Below are positions 20,699-30,896 of a stretch of DNA of 64,000 nucleotides, one piece after another. Each line of letters opens with the position of its first letter. The first letter of the stretch is position 1. The notes under the pieces were generated by a model, which worked only from the letters and a program-made list of their open reading frames with translations, made no database searches and had not been told where the DNA came from. Source of the DNA: a virus; IMG/VR virus record IMGVR_UViG_3300031414_000013, positions 33,081 through 97,080 of that record; one strand, 5' to 3'. A program made the position numbers and the translations under genes.

Positions 20699-21397
20699 TT
20701 ATTCAGGTTTAGTGGACTCGACAATGGCATCGTCCATCAGTTTCTTAACGTCATCGCGATCGATGTGGTTAGTATCGGAATACGTCAGATTCATCAGGGA
20801 CCGCAGCATGTGATGCAAAGCACGCGAGTTACGTTTGATAGATCCGGTCTTCTCACCGGCGTAGGACTGCTCGTAGCTGAGGTTAGCTGTAGCCTCGTCT
20901 AAGCGCTCACAGAACTCAGCGATAGCAACCAACGTGCGCTCAGGGATCTCTACCGTAGGGCCGTCTGGATGGCGTGTAATTGAACGAACCTCGTAGTAGG
21001 TGTTGTTCTCCATCGGTTCAGCCAGATGCTTCATGTACGTATCCAGCGTACAAGGTTTCCAGTAGGTCCACTGGCCATTGTGAGTACGACTACGAATCTG
21101 ATAGATCTGCCCCACCATGCGGGTGTTAGCACCAGACATCGGTAAGTTGAGATCAATCAGGTGCAGGTGCGTTTCTTTCTCATTCAACTGTCGAACGATT
21201 TCACGCATGTACTGCTCATCGAAGTTGGTGATGTCAAGATCACGGTCCTGACAATCCACAGACACCAGTTTATTGTTCGGGTCGAAGCCCAACTGCTTCA
21301 GGCCGTGCCATAACACTTTGCCCATAAACGTTTTACCGGAACTCACGTAGTTGCCGCGAATATCTACGGTAATCATTCTTTTAATTCCACGGTTCAT
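20699..21397 (-). CDS. Protein with N-terminal P-loop-like motif
   Basis: IRGNYVSSGKT. Confidence 0.55.
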   Translation of the reverse strand: MNRGIKRMITVDIRGNYVSSGKTFMGKVLWHGLKQLGFDPNNKLVSVDCQDRDLDITNFDEQYMREIVRQLNEKETHLHLIDLNLPMSGANTRMVGQIYQIRSRTHNGQWTYWKPCTLDTYMKHLAEPMENNTYYEVRSITRHPDGPTVEIPERTLVAIAEFCERLDEATANLSYEQSYAGEKTGSIKRNSRALHHMLRSLMNLTYSDTNHIDRDDVKKLMDDAIVESTKPE

Positions 21398-21431
21398 TCT
21401 GCTGCCTTATATTTAATTGAGGTTGACGCAA

Positions 21432-21668
21432 CTAAGGGGTTAGTGCGTTTCGTTGTATTGCAGCCACATCGGCCACAACATCATTGGACACTGCCAGCTT
21501 GTCACAAATCCCACGGACGAAGGGTTCTTTACAACGCTTCTTAACCAAGGCTGCGCACTTGCGCAGCTTGGAGTTGGATTTACGGTGATTCGCTTGACAG
21601 ATTCGAAGTGTAAGAACCAAGTCAATCAGTTCGTTAATTTGCCGAATAGACTGTTTGATATCTGACAT
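21432..21668 (-). CDS. Hypothetical protein
   Basis: 78-aa ORF. Confidence 0.6.
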   Translation of the reverse strand: MSDIKQSIRQINELIDLVLTLRICQANHRKSNSKLRKCAALVKKRCKEPFVRGICDKLAVSNDVVADVAAIQRNALTP

Positions 21669-21695
21669 TCTATTGCCTGCCTTTGTTAAATAAAA

Positions 21696-22220
21696 CTACT
21701 CTGCTTCTGCGATGGGACTACGCACGAAGATAACGGACGGGGTGTCACGCAGCGTGGTGTAGATAATAGACGCCGGTCCCATAACACGATTCGGTTTTGT
21801 ACGGATGTGGGAATCGCCCAACAGAACAGCGCAACGCCCTCTTTCCGCATAACCACAAATGACCGACAGCATCTGCTTTTCACGAACAGCGAAACTGTAG
21901 GAACAGTCGAGATACATGCCGTCTTTGTCTTTACGATCCAGCTGATGAATCTTGTCGTCCCAAACATCAATACCGATACAGGGGATGCCAAACTTCAATG
22001 CGAGTTCGTAACTGCCCGGACCGATAGCATAGTTGCGCTCTTTAATAGCACGGCGCAACTTATCGGGAGTATCGAGGATATTGTTACCGGCTTCTTCCGA
22101 CAGAATGTAATCGAATGGAGCAGCACGATTATCCATACGAATCAGGCGTTCGACGCGTTCACGCTCTTCTCTGGTGTGGAGTTCACCATAGATGATAACC
22201 TGCTTCATTCGACGCTCCAT
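21696..22220 (-). CDS. TraB/ChaN/erythromycin-esterase-fold protein
   Basis: YGELH, ILSEE, RE..M and LLGDSH motifs. Confidence 0.6.
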   Translation of the reverse strand: MERRMKQVIIYGELHTREERERVERLIRMDNRAAPFDYILSEEAGNNILDTPDKLRRAIKERNYAIGPGSYELALKFGIPCIGIDVWDDKIHQLDRKDKDGMYLDCSYSFAVREKQMLSVICGYAERGRCAVLLGDSHIRTKPNRVMGPASIIYTTLRDTPSVIFVRSPIAEAE

Positions 22221-22888
22221 GATCCCCGGGTGTTATCAAACTCATGCTGAAGGCCATACTGATCTTCAGCCGCCGCTTTACCAGTTTGATAGCCAATGCG
22301 AATCTCTTCACACAGCTCTAACCAATAATCTTCATCTGGACAATTTTCCCACCGATGGTACAGTGGGTTTTCTGTGTCGACCAGATCAGACATAAGCAGC
22401 GGGAACATGAGTGGTTTGCGAAGTCCAGCTTCATAGTGCTCTACTGCGCGCTTGAAGTCGTCCACTTTGTCATCCGGCAAACTCAGTGTATGGTACGACG
22501 ACTCCGGTAGGGAACCACCATCCGTTATATAGTGCTGGAGAATTAACGAAGAGACGAATGGGAACATACAACCGAAGCCGAAGATCAGTTGTCCTTTATA
22601 CAGCACCAGCGTAATGTCTGGCATGTAGAACATCCCGGTGAACGTCAGAAGATGTTGGTCGTACGACACCGGATCTTTCGGACCATCGCTGTAGCAGCTA
22701 TTGCAACCACCTGCGGTTTCGATTTTACCATTGACATCGAAGTTGATATAACCCAAACCCAGCTCATCACGAATCTGTGTCCATCCCTTTTTAAAGGTAG
22801 CTTTGTCTACCCGCATGCCTTCTGGCCAACTTACATTTGCAACATCAGTCATACTACGCTCCGTTGAAAATACCACGAGTGTGGTCAC
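22205..22888 (-). CDS. Hypothetical protein
   Basis: 227-aa ORF. Confidence 0.65.
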   Translation of the reverse strand: MTTLVVFSTERSMTDVANVSWPEGMRVDKATFKKGWTQIRDELGLGYINFDVNGKIETAGGCNSCYSDGPKDPVSYDQHLLTFTGMFYMPDITLVLYKGQLIFGFGCMFPFVSSLILQHYITDGGSLPESSYHTLSLPDDKVDDFKRAVEHYEAGLRKPLMFPLLMSDLVDTENPLYHRWENCPDEDYWLELCEEIRIGYQTGKAAAEDQYGLQHEFDNTRGSWSVE

Positions 22889-23285
22889 GTTCGTCGTTAA
22901 CGCTAATCACGCCATTGGCACAAAGCACGCCCTGAATGTAACCCAACCAACGATGCTTCTTGGTAAGTGACATTGTTTCGTCAGTATCCAATTTGATAAG
23001 CATATCGATCAGGTGTGCAGGACGTTGGTATTCGTCCTTGGGTTTGATCAACTCACCCTCAGTTACGATAGCACTGTAATAGCGCTCGATTAACTCAGGG
23101 TAGAACAACCGACCTTCAAACGTACGCCAGATCCAGTCGAGACCATAGGCACTTTGACGCTCATGTGGTCCCCAGACGTCTACCATGGTAAACATATCGA
23201 AGCCATTGGCGTGATCAGGAATAAACGGCTGGTCTTCGGTTAGTGTGCGTTCGTGTTTCCACTTCTTAAAGGTAACACTCATCAA
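22854..23285 (-). CDS. Conserved phage hypothetical protein
   Basis: C-terminal KKHRWLGYIQGVL...ERDHTR motif familiar from phage proteins. Confidence 0.7.
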   Translation of the reverse strand: MMSVTFKKWKHERTLTEDQPFIPDHANGFDMFTMVDVWGPHERQSAYGLDWIWRTFEGRLFYPELIERYYSAIVTEGELIKPKDEYQRPAHLIDMLIKLDTDETMSLTKKHRWLGYIQGVLCANGVISVNDERDHTRGIFNGA

Positions 23286-24412
23286 TCAACCTCCATCCGG
23301 TAGAAGAGTTCGCAGCTATAGCGATCTTTGAACTCTTTGAAGAATTGTGCTGGCCAATCAAACTTCTGGGCCTTGCTACGGCGGTTCAGTAGGAACAGGT
23401 CACTCTTACTGAGGATCTGGAATAACTCACGACCTTCCATGCCCGCGTACTTCTCGACCATCGCATCAATAGTCGCTAACCAGAGACGGTAGTCGGTAGC
23501 AACTTTAGTCGCAGCAAGTTCGGCTTGATCCAGCACCGGACTACCCGCAAAGCGTTGTGCTAAATACGCCAACGCATCATCGATGTTCTCACCCAGTACC
23601 AGCTTAGCAATCGAACGCTCACTTAAGTTACCCACTAAGTGATGACGCTTGATGTACCAGTCAGTTTTGAGTTTGAACATCTTACCGTGGACATGCAGCA
23701 CCCAACCCTCAAAGTTCTCACGAGTGCGTTGTGCTTCCATCAACTCGTCAAAGTCTTTGAATACGTCGAAGTCCTTCAGGCGAATGTAACCAGTTTCTAC
23801 TTGCAGGTTGAAGTCTGAGTTCTCTTCCCACTCGTAGATATCTTTGTATTCACCGGTGACGTTATCTCGAATAGCCAGCAGGACCAGATGGTCTTCATCG
23901 TACTCTAGCAGATGCTGATGGTCAGGACCCAGTTTCTTATAGACACGTTCAAAGATGACAGTGACTTCACCTAAGTCCTCACGAATTGCGCGGACGACAG
24001 GAATAGCACGGTTGTAGAATGGATCTTTCACCAGCGCACGTTTAGTTGCAACCAGCAGACTACCTTGGTAGATAGTAGCCGCCACCATACTGCCGTCGCT
24101 TTTGTGTTCGATGCAATACCCTTGCTTTCGCTTAGGATACATGGCACGCACCACGGGCAGTTGAGATTCTGCCTTCTCACCCACGTTAAAGAACTTGTGG
24201 AATGGACGCAGGATAATCTCATTGGTGTCGGTGTTGATCAACACACCGCGCAGTTCACGACGCAGAGGGCTGTCAAAGGAGTCACGCTCTGAGATGTTGT
24301 AGCAGAGGCTGGCCAGGTTAGTGCCAGGGTGACGACAGACCGCAAACTCAGGTCGGCCAACCATAGCCCCCAAGAGAGGCTCGGCGTTAGGTAGGAAAGG
24401 ATACAGATACAT
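23282..24412 (-). CDS. rnl: T4 Rnl1-like RNA ligase
   Basis: RELRG, RPFHKFFNVGE, HKSDGS (motif I), FEGWV, FKLKTDWY. Confidence 0.93.
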   Translation of the reverse strand: MYLYPFLPNAEPLLGAMVGRPEFAVCRHPGTNLASLCYNISERDSFDSPLRRELRGVLINTDTNEIILRPFHKFFNVGEKAESQLPVVRAMYPKRKQGYCIEHKSDGSMVAATIYQGSLLVATKRALVKDPFYNRAIPVVRAIREDLGEVTVIFERVYKKLGPDHQHLLEYDEDHLVLLAIRDNVTGEYKDIYEWEENSDFNLQVETGYIRLKDFDVFKDFDELMEAQRTRENFEGWVLHVHGKMFKLKTDWYIKRHHLVGNLSERSIAKLVLGENIDDALAYLAQRFAGSPVLDQAELAATKVATDYRLWLATIDAMVEKYAGMEGRELFQILSKSDLFLLNRRSKAQKFDWPAQFFKEFKDRYSCELFYRMEVD

Positions 24413-24912
24413 TACGCTTCCTTAGGGGTAGTGAGCATAGGGGCATTATCGTCAACACGGTAATGGTACGTCAGTGTAGCCAGATCGTCATCGCTACGCG
24501 GTGGGTAGACACCATCAATGACCCAGTGTCCATCGACCTTATCGAGCACATGGCGACGCACACCGTTTGCAGGGTCGTGCGATGAGTAGGCAGAGTTGAA
24601 TGCATTTGCCAGCGTCACGGCGACATGCTCAGGCACCAGGTTGATGTATGTAGCGAGGTTCAAGAAGGCGTTATTGAATTCGAGGGACTTGGTCCACTCC
24701 GCTACTTTATTGTCCGCATCGATCCAGCGACCACAGTGGTCAAACTCTTCACGAGCACCACTTAAAATGCCAGCGTCAGAACACATAGCGGCTTCAAAGC
24801 CCAGTCCGGGAATGTAGATTGGATGTTCGCCTTCGTCTGACATCAAGAGTGTCATGGTAGGTAAAGTCTCAATCGGTACTGCTAACCAAAATACGAGATT
24901 AGATTTATTCAT
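24412..24912 (-). CDS. Hypothetical early protein
   Basis: First gene after early promoter, AAGGAA RBS. Confidence 0.75.
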   Translation of the reverse strand: MNKSNLVFWLAVPIETLPTMTLLMSDEGEHPIYIPGLGFEAAMCSDAGILSGAREEFDHCGRWIDADNKVAEWTKSLEFNNAFLNLATYINLVPEHVAVTLANAFNSAYSSHDPANGVRRHVLDKVDGHWVIDGVYPPRSDDDLATLTYHYRVDDNAPMLTTPKEA

Positions 24913-24952
24913 TTATGTTTCCTTAATTATAGTTGATCATTTGTCTTACACA

Positions 24953-24972
24953 GGGGTAATGTATATCTAAAA
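24953..24972 (-). promoter_or_regulatory. Putative early promoter
   Basis: TTTTAGATATACATTACCCC. Confidence 0.7.
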
Positions 24973-24985
24973 GCCAGATGAGTCC

Positions 24986-25025
24986 AAAAAAGAAAGACGG
25001 AATAAAGGGGAGCAAAAAGCTCCCC
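24986..25025 (-). terminator. Hairpin with T tracts
   Basis: GGGGAGC/GCTCCCC, then TTTATTCCGTCTTTCTTTTTT. Confidence 0.7.
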
Positions 25026-25036
25026 GTCTTATGTTG

Positions 25037-25192
25037 TTACATGATTGCCACTGCTATTGCCAGCACAATCAATACCCATCCTGAGACAGCAAACTCAGCC
25101 ATCAGATAGTGGAAGTGACCTGCAATGCCAAAGCAGATAATAGCAGCCACACTGAGTGCAATCGTAACCGTATTGCGAAAGCGCCTCAGCAT
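25037..25192 (-). CDS. 51-aa two-TM membrane peptide (not in ORF track)
   Basis: MLRRFRNTVTIALSVAAIICFGIAGHFHYLMAEFAVSGWVLIVLAIAVAIM; TAATG coupling to thyA stop. Confidence 0.6.
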   Translation of the reverse strand: MLRRFRNTVTIALSVAAIICFGIAGHFHYLMAEFAVSGWVLIVLAIAVAIM

Positions 25193-26415
25193 TATTTGCT
25201 CACCGGGATAGACACACGTGGATGTGGATCATATCCTTCAAGGGTGAAGTCTTCAAAGATGAAGTCCTTCGGGTCCGTGACGGTACGGCCTTTGGTGTTA
25301 ATTACCAGCTTAGGCAACGGACGTGGTTCACGATCAATGAACTCTGGGATTTTATCCAGTTGGTTATTGTAGATGTGAACATCACCACCGATCCAGATTA
25401 ACTCATCCACCGTGTAGTTGAGGATGTGTGCGAACATGTGACATAGCAGTGCATAGCCAGCGATGTTGAACGGCGTGCCCAGCAGGATATCCTGAGAACG
25501 ACAGTATACGGAAAGAGACAGGGCGCGAGTAGGGACGTTCATGCGGTTAAGCAGCAGCGTATAGTCCTTGTCTTCATTCCACATGGCCGGTAACTCAACA
25601 CCACTGCGTGATGCATACTCGGCCTTACGCTCTTCGTAGGACAGCTCACGGGTATACGCCTGAAGCAGTGTGTGGCACCAGGCCAATGCCGCATTACCAA
25701 CCAATACGTTTTCTTGAGGAGACAGGTTCATCTCATCTGGTAACTCGCTGGCGTTCCAGTTATTCACAATGTGACGGCGTGAGTCTGGGCGAGCTTTCAG
25801 CAGATAGAGCAGCTCGGCGATCTGGTCGCGCGCAGCATCGCTGTAGTCCATCAACTGACTTAAACGGGCAAGATCGATCTTACCATCAAATTCAGCACGA
25901 CGGATTTTATCATCCAGTTGACGACGGTCGATAAAACCAGAGTTCCACTTACGCATTTGTTTGCCGTAGACAGGACCTAAGTCGCCGATACGCAAACCGT
26001 CTTTCAATACCAGGTTAACGTCGCCACCTACGGTATCGCTCTTCACCCACTCCAGTGCTTTGGTGGGTTGCCGATGGAATGAAACGTCCAGTAGGTGTGG
26101 AGGCACCAGACTTTTCAGCTTCTCAATATCAACATGTTCCCACTTGATATCTTCGATGCCAACTGCCCAGTCGTTCCAGATTTTGACGTTCTTCTCGCGT
26201 AGGGTTTCGTTGTTGGTATCCCCGTTTAAGAACCACAGGTTTTCTTCAACGATTGGGCGGAAAGGCGTATGCTTCACGGTAACTAACGGTAAGCCTTCAC
26301 GTAGGTTAAAGCGCATGGTGCGATGGAACACAGATACTGTGCCTGTGCCGGTGCGGTCGCCTTTGTTGTTACCATTGTCACGAACATCTTTAATTAAATC
26401 GATATACTGTTGCAT
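25192..26415 (-). CDS. thyA: Thymidylate synthase with insertions
   Basis: DRTGTGT, LGPVYGKQ.R, DSRR, ALAWCH, RSQD..LG.PFN, DVHIY; start MQQY. Confidence 0.96.
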   Translation of the reverse strand: MQQYIDLIKDVRDNGNNKGDRTGTGTVSVFHRTMRFNLREGLPLVTVKHTPFRPIVEENLWFLNGDTNNETLREKNVKIWNDWAVGIEDIKWEHVDIEKLKSLVPPHLLDVSFHRQPTKALEWVKSDTVGGDVNLVLKDGLRIGDLGPVYGKQMRKWNSGFIDRRQLDDKIRRAEFDGKIDLARLSQLMDYSDAARDQIAELLYLLKARPDSRRHIVNNWNASELPDEMNLSPQENVLVGNAALAWCHTLLQAYTRELSYEERKAEYASRSGVELPAMWNEDKDYTLLLNRMNVPTRALSLSVYCRSQDILLGTPFNIAGYALLCHMFAHILNYTVDELIWIGGDVHIYNNQLDKIPEFIDREPRPLPKLVINTKGRTVTDPKDFIFEDFTLEGYDPHPRVSIPVSK

Positions 26416-26978
26416 TAGAACCCCATGGTCTCTGCCGCTAAAAAGGAACACTCTGGATCTGCGGTACGAATGATCTTACATACAGCAGCCAATTTATATT
26501 CGAAGTCTTCGTACTCTGAGGATAAACGCTCACGAGTCCAAGGCTCGCCCGCATCTCGGTCAAACGAATACCCGCCATCAATATCTTCTCGATAGCGAGT
26601 ACCCATAGTAAAGTGTGCATCGTAGTGAATGCCTTCTACTGGATCACACAACCACACATGAAAGGGGTCGCCCAGTAAAATAAGATCTACACCCATCAGT
26701 TCCAACTGTCCACGTACCAGTGCAGCAAAGGTGTGGCAGAGTCCACAATTGACCAAGTCTGTAATGTCTTTGACGGTTGCATTAACCGCCATAAACGGTG
26801 ACAGCTTTGAGCGCAGTGGTGACAACACCGAACGCAGTTCATTGATCGTGCGGGTGATCAATTGGTTACGTGGAGTTAGAGTCGGCGTCAAGTACGACTC
26901 ACCTTCCTCAAGAAACGGATACGCGAATTTCGCATGTGCGTTAAATAAGTCAGTTGTAGTGATGGGTGTAGTAAACAT
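26415..26978 (-). CDS. Transglutaminase/papain-like Cys-His-Asp protein
   Basis: NCGLCHTFA...HVWL...HYDA. Confidence 0.6.
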   Translation of the reverse strand: MFTTPITTTDLFNAHAKFAYPFLEEGESYLTPTLTPRNQLITRTINELRSVLSPLRSKLSPFMAVNATVKDITDLVNCGLCHTFAALVRGQLELMGVDLILLGDPFHVWLCDPVEGIHYDAHFTMGTRYREDIDGGYSFDRDAGEPWTRERLSSEYEDFEYKLAAVCKIIRTADPECSFLAAETMGF

Positions 26979-26979
26979 A

Positions 26980-27681
26980 TCAAATGCCTTCTTGAATCTT
27001 TAAGAGCGTAAGAGGCTGTTCTTTCTTATACGCCCCGGTCGCAATGTAAATGTGATTGTGATACAACTCGACTTCATTGGTGTGGTTATGACCATGTACA
27101 AAGAGATCTGCACCAGTCGTTGGTTTCCCACCACCTTTCTTTCGAGCCAGGTAATAGTCGCGATCCCACGTACAGGCGAAGGTATCGACCTTCTTACCGT
27201 ATTCGTATTGATCGTGCGGATAGGTAGCATGGACAACAACTACCTTCTGGTCCTTGCAGTTGACTTCAATGATAAACGGGAAATCTGCCGTTTTCATCAG
27301 CTTGCCAACCACATGGTCACGTTCCTTACCGACTTCAAGGTCTAAGATCCACGTGCCGCCATTATACAGCCAGAGACCAACAGCATTCTCCTCCAACTGC
27401 TCAATAGCAGACGTGGCTAGATCTTCGTGATTACCGCGCGTCATGACAAACCAAGGCTCGCCAATCAGTTCGACCATTTTCACGGAGTCAGGACCACGGT
27501 CAATAATGTCACCAACAGAAATCAGAAGGTCGAGTTCACGATCGAACTCAACGTCATCCAATTGCTCCATCAGTTTTTCATACTGTCCGTGTACGTCACC
27601 TACGACAAAGATGTTCCGGTACTTTGACCCGTCGATTTGCATATACACTTCTTCGGGTTGTTTGACTACCAGTCGAGTCAT
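26980..27681 (-). CDS. Ser/Thr protein phosphatase (lambda NinI/PphA-like metallophosphoesterase)
   Basis: GDVHG, GDIIDRG, RGNHE, HGH. Confidence 0.93.
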   Translation of the reverse strand: MTRLVVKQPEEVYMQIDGSKYRNIFVVGDVHGQYEKLMEQLDDVEFDRELDLLISVGDIIDRGPDSVKMVELIGEPWFVMTRGNHEDLATSAIEQLEENAVGLWLYNGGTWILDLEVGKERDHVVGKLMKTADFPFIIEVNCKDQKVVVVHATYPHDQYEYGKKVDTFACTWDRDYYLARKKGGGKPTTGADLFVHGHNHTNEVELYHNHIYIATGAYKKEQPLTLLKIQEGI

Positions 27682-28418
27682 TAGTGCACCTGTAAGTGTG
27701 CGCTACCCGGAAGGTTATCGGTGGGTTTACCTTCAAACCAGAACCGCCCTGCCAGGCTCAGTCCACTTACTTTGACATCGGTAGTTGCAACGTCAATAAG
27801 CAGTTTAGTGAGTGTAGGCAAAACAAGTTCACTACCAGGCAACATGGCTGGGGTGAAACCGAGGAAAGCCTTGTACTGGTTGTAAGCATCCACAACGACC
27901 TGGATGCTAGGTTCAAGGTTTGTCATTCCACGGTGGTAAAGACACGGCCAATCGTTATCATCGAATACAGCCACATTCATGATACCGTATGCTTCAACCA
28001 TGCCAGTGATTGTGTCCTGTGCACTAACATGCAGTGCGAACTTCTTCCAGAACTCCAACAGCTCGCCGTGTGCTTCGACCATTGCATATTCGCTTGGTGT
28101 CAGATCACGTTCCTCATGCGCCTTAATGATGGCGATGAAGTCATCCTTGTTCTCCGGGAAATAATCCGGATTAGCCAGAATGCTTTCAACCTGTTGATGG
28201 ATAGGCGAGAACAGCGTATATGTCACCGGACGACGACGTGCGAAGTCGTTAGCCGCAGTAATGTTCTCTACGGTTGTCGAGATACCCAATCGCTCAGCGA
28301 TGTTCATCGCCTCCTGGATTTGAATGGTCTCGCCCATACCAGCCTCACCGAGAATGATTTGGCACAGGTTGGCAACCGCAAGATCTTCGTAATTAAAACC
28401 AATGGTTAACTTATCCAT
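27681..28418 (-). CDS. Hypothetical protein
   Basis: 245 aa, coupled on both sides. Confidence 0.75.
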   Translation of the reverse strand: MDKLTIGFNYEDLAVANLCQIILGEAGMGETIQIQEAMNIAERLGISTTVENITAANDFARRRPVTYTLFSPIHQQVESILANPDYFPENKDDFIAIIKAHEERDLTPSEYAMVEAHGELLEFWKKFALHVSAQDTITGMVEAYGIMNVAVFDDNDWPCLYHRGMTNLEPSIQVVVDAYNQYKAFLGFTPAMLPGSELVLPTLTKLLIDVATTDVKVSGLSLAGRFWFEGKPTDNLPGSAHLQVH

Positions 28419-28684
28419 TATGTTTCCTTATTGATTACAGTGATAAAATCGCCATCCGGTAAAGCGAAGGGCTTCAGGGTTTCGCTGTCGAAATACTTTG
28501 GCTCAACGCCAGACATGGATGGCTCACCGTGCCCTCCACCGCCAGAGATACCAGACGGTGTCACCAAGAGTACTCGATCGCAATGCTTTGCTCTAAAGGG
28601 CATCTCTACCGCCACCGCGTTGCCCTCAGTGTCAACCCAATTACCTAACGGCCAATAGAAAAACTGCCATTTAACGTCCATCAC
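28418..28684 (-). CDS. Hypothetical protein
   Basis: 88 aa, coupled. Confidence 0.6.
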   Translation of the reverse strand: MMDVKWQFFYWPLGNWVDTEGNAVAVEMPFRAKHCDRVLLVTPSGISGGGGHGEPSMSGVEPKYFDSETLKPFALPDGDFITVINKET

Positions 28685-29274
28685 TCAGGCTCACTATTCA
28701 GATGGTTAGCGATAGCGATGAACTTTCTGGCCTCTGCTTCTGAGGTACCGATGAAACGAGTACTACAGTCTTCAGTAAACCAGATCTGTTCAACGGTCTC
28801 TTCTTCCGGCAAAGCCATCACATACCAACCAACATGCTTAGAGCCAGTTAGGGTATGGCGTGTGCTGATATCGAGGGTTGCTTTAAAGGCAGGGATGATA
28901 CGCAGCCGACACGGCGTGTCCGAATGGAAACCATCCATGCTGATCATATCCAGACTGCCCTGATAACGAACGCGCAGGCTTAAGAGTGCAGCCGTCAATT
29001 CATACGCCTGTACAGCTACCGTAGCTGACATTGGTGTATTGCAGAACACCTCAGTCCAGTTTACTAGCAGTGGGTTTTGTGACAGATTGTGACCCATAAA
29101 AGCGGTGCGCGATTTAGCCAACGCCATGTAGTACTCACGATAGTGGTCTAAACTCACTGCTGGAATCGATTTTGTGTACTCGATGATGCTCGCGGCGAGA
29201 GCACCATCCTGAATAAACTCACCGTTGATGCTAAAGGCGGGACAGATATCCTCCCGAGACATTGGTCTAATCAA
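28681..29274 (-). CDS. Hypothetical protein
   Basis: 197 aa, coupled. Confidence 0.7.
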   Translation of the reverse strand: MIRPMSREDICPAFSINGEFIQDGALAASIIEYTKSIPAVSLDHYREYYMALAKSRTAFMGHNLSQNPLLVNWTEVFCNTPMSATVAVQAYELTAALLSLRVRYQGSLDMISMDGFHSDTPCRLRIIPAFKATLDISTRHTLTGSKHVGWYVMALPEEETVEQIWFTEDCSTRFIGTSEAEARKFIAIANHLNSEPE

Positions 29275-29807
29275 AGTGCCTCCAGTTCTTTCAGGTATTC
29301 GTTAATACGCTTAGCAATGCTGATTTGCAGTACGCGCAGTACATCGCGTTTCTTGTCAATGCCAATTTTTGGGTTAGACATTACCTGCTGTGCTACCAGG
29401 AATGGCGCGCCTGGTGTGCCAGAGGCCGCCATGCTAACATAGTGCGGGTTTAAGAAACGCTCCGGATGGACGAGATGCTCAATTTCATCGGCCGTGCCGG
29501 ATGCAGATAATTCGTTGTTTTTGTAAATTTCTACTGCACGCGATAACACACGCCGTGGTTCGTACTCGTTGAGTCCAATGCCACCGTTATATTGACGGTA
29601 AGATGTGGATTCAAAGAGGTGGAGGTTTCGGTTAAGCTCTTGGGCATACTCGATGATGCCATCAATGGTCTTACGACGTTCGCGTTTGATATACCAACGA
29701 GTCGTTTTGATAAGACTACGGATAGTGCCCAGACACATAACGAAAACGAACAACGCATTTAATGCAACCAGCAGCACTGTGATCTTCAATAACGTAAGTA
29801 AGTCCAT
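29271..29807 (-). CDS. N-terminally anchored membrane protein
   Basis: Long hydrophobic N-terminus followed by a basic stretch. Confidence 0.7.
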   Translation of the reverse strand: MDLLTLLKITVLLVALNALFVFVMCLGTIRSLIKTTRWYIKRERRKTIDGIIEYAQELNRNLHLFESTSYRQYNGGIGLNEYEPRRVLSRAVEIYKNNELSASGTADEIEHLVHPERFLNPHYVSMAASGTPGAPFLVAQQVMSNPKIGIDKKRDVLRVLQISIAKRINEYLKELEAL

Positions 29808-29821
29808 TGTTTATTCCTAAC

Positions 29822-29864
29822 AAAAAAGATAAATAGAAAAGAGGAGACCGAACTGGTCTCCTCT
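29822..29864 (-). terminator. Hairpin with displaced T tract, near-duplicate of 11716-11760
   Basis: Shares ATAGAAAAGAGGAGACC...GGTCTCCTCT. Confidence 0.8.
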
Positions 29865-29872
29865 CTGTGTTA

Positions 29873-30307
29873 TTAATCGAAATAACCGACCCAGATGTTT
29901 CTGCTAGCAAACCCACTCTTGAAGTCTGCTGTCTTATGTTCAGAGTCGATCATATACCGCAATAGTTTTTCATCTAATGCGAATGCTCTACTCTTGAACT
30001 CTTCAGACACATCCATATCGCGAACCGCAGTCCAGATGCCGTGGTGAACTGGCCAGTAACCGTGATTAGCAATAATGTCGTCCGGGTTAAGCTCTAACCA
30101 CTCGGTATGAGTGTCGCCACAGAACTCACGAAACTCTTCAAGTGTCTCACAGGACTTACCACCCCGCATGCAGCCTGGGAATTCACCAGCAGCAAAGTAA
30201 CCGTCTTTATACAGCACGTAACCACCGCACTGCACAAAGCCAGAGTTTGTACTGATTATCTCAAACGCACGCTCTACGGAAACCGGTGTCCCGGCACTAA
30301 TTTGCAT
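29873..30307 (-). CDS. Hypothetical protein
   Basis: 144-aa ORF. Confidence 0.7.
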   Translation of the reverse strand: MQISAGTPVSVERAFEIISTNSGFVQCGGYVLYKDGYFAAGEFPGCMRGGKSCETLEEFREFCGDTHTEWLELNPDDIIANHGYWPVHHGIWTAVRDMDVSEEFKSRAFALDEKLLRYMIDSEHKTADFKSGFASRNIWVGYFD

Positions 30308-30887
30308 CAGTCATATCCAGGAACTCAATGCCCTGGAAGACACATCCGTTACTCGACTGAATGTCAGAGTTCGAATACATCACGCGAATGCGAGTTTCAA
30401 AGCCGCGTACCATGCGAACTTTAAATTCGATAGGGTGAATGTACTGCTCTTTACGGACAGGGTTTCTGAAAGCCGGAGGGAAGGAAGGCGTACTGCTATC
30501 ACTTACAGATGGCGGGTAGTCATAACCAGCTGCCTGCGAATATGTCGCACCAACGGTAGTCGCTTTTTCACGAGCATCGGCTGCACACACCTTGGCATAT
30601 TTGTCATCAGGTGAGTTGTAACCTTTGGCGGCTTGTGCGTGTTGCACCGGCTGCTCAACTACTGCGCTTCGACTTTCCTGTTCCTTCTGGCGTGTCTCTG
30701 CTACCTTCAGCTGTCGGGTTGACTCTTCCGAAGCCAGACGTGCCTTTTCACTTACTGCACGAGCGTGGTTGCTGACAACATCTGCTGAACTAATGATCTC
30801 AGCAGTTGGGGCTACAGCGGCATGCACTGGATTGGCAAAACCACACAACGCCAACATCGTGGCGAGTACAACGGTTAACTTTTTCAT
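30297..30887 (-). CDS. Secreted protein with Sec signal peptide
   Basis: MKKLTVVLATMLALCGFANPVHA signal. Confidence 0.75.
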   Translation of the reverse strand: MKKLTVVLATMLALCGFANPVHAAVAPTAEIISSADVVSNHARAVSEKARLASEESTRQLKVAETRQKEQESRSAVVEQPVQHAQAAKGYNSPDDKYAKVCAADAREKATTVGATYSQAAGYDYPPSVSDSSTPSFPPAFRNPVRKEQYIHPIEFKVRMVRGFETRIRVMYSNSDIQSSNGCVFQGIEFLDMTDAN

Positions 30888-30896
30888 TTACTTTCC

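Noticed and set aside
22205-22888. MTTLVV N-terminus suggesting a third active Ntn protease
   Set aside because: No downstream AD, Lys or GSG motifs.
27696-28409. 237-aa plus-strand ORF antisense to 27681..28418
   Set aside because: In-register antisense shadow with no RBS or motif; the minus gene is translationally coupled on both sides. The same applies to the many other short plus-strand ORFs.
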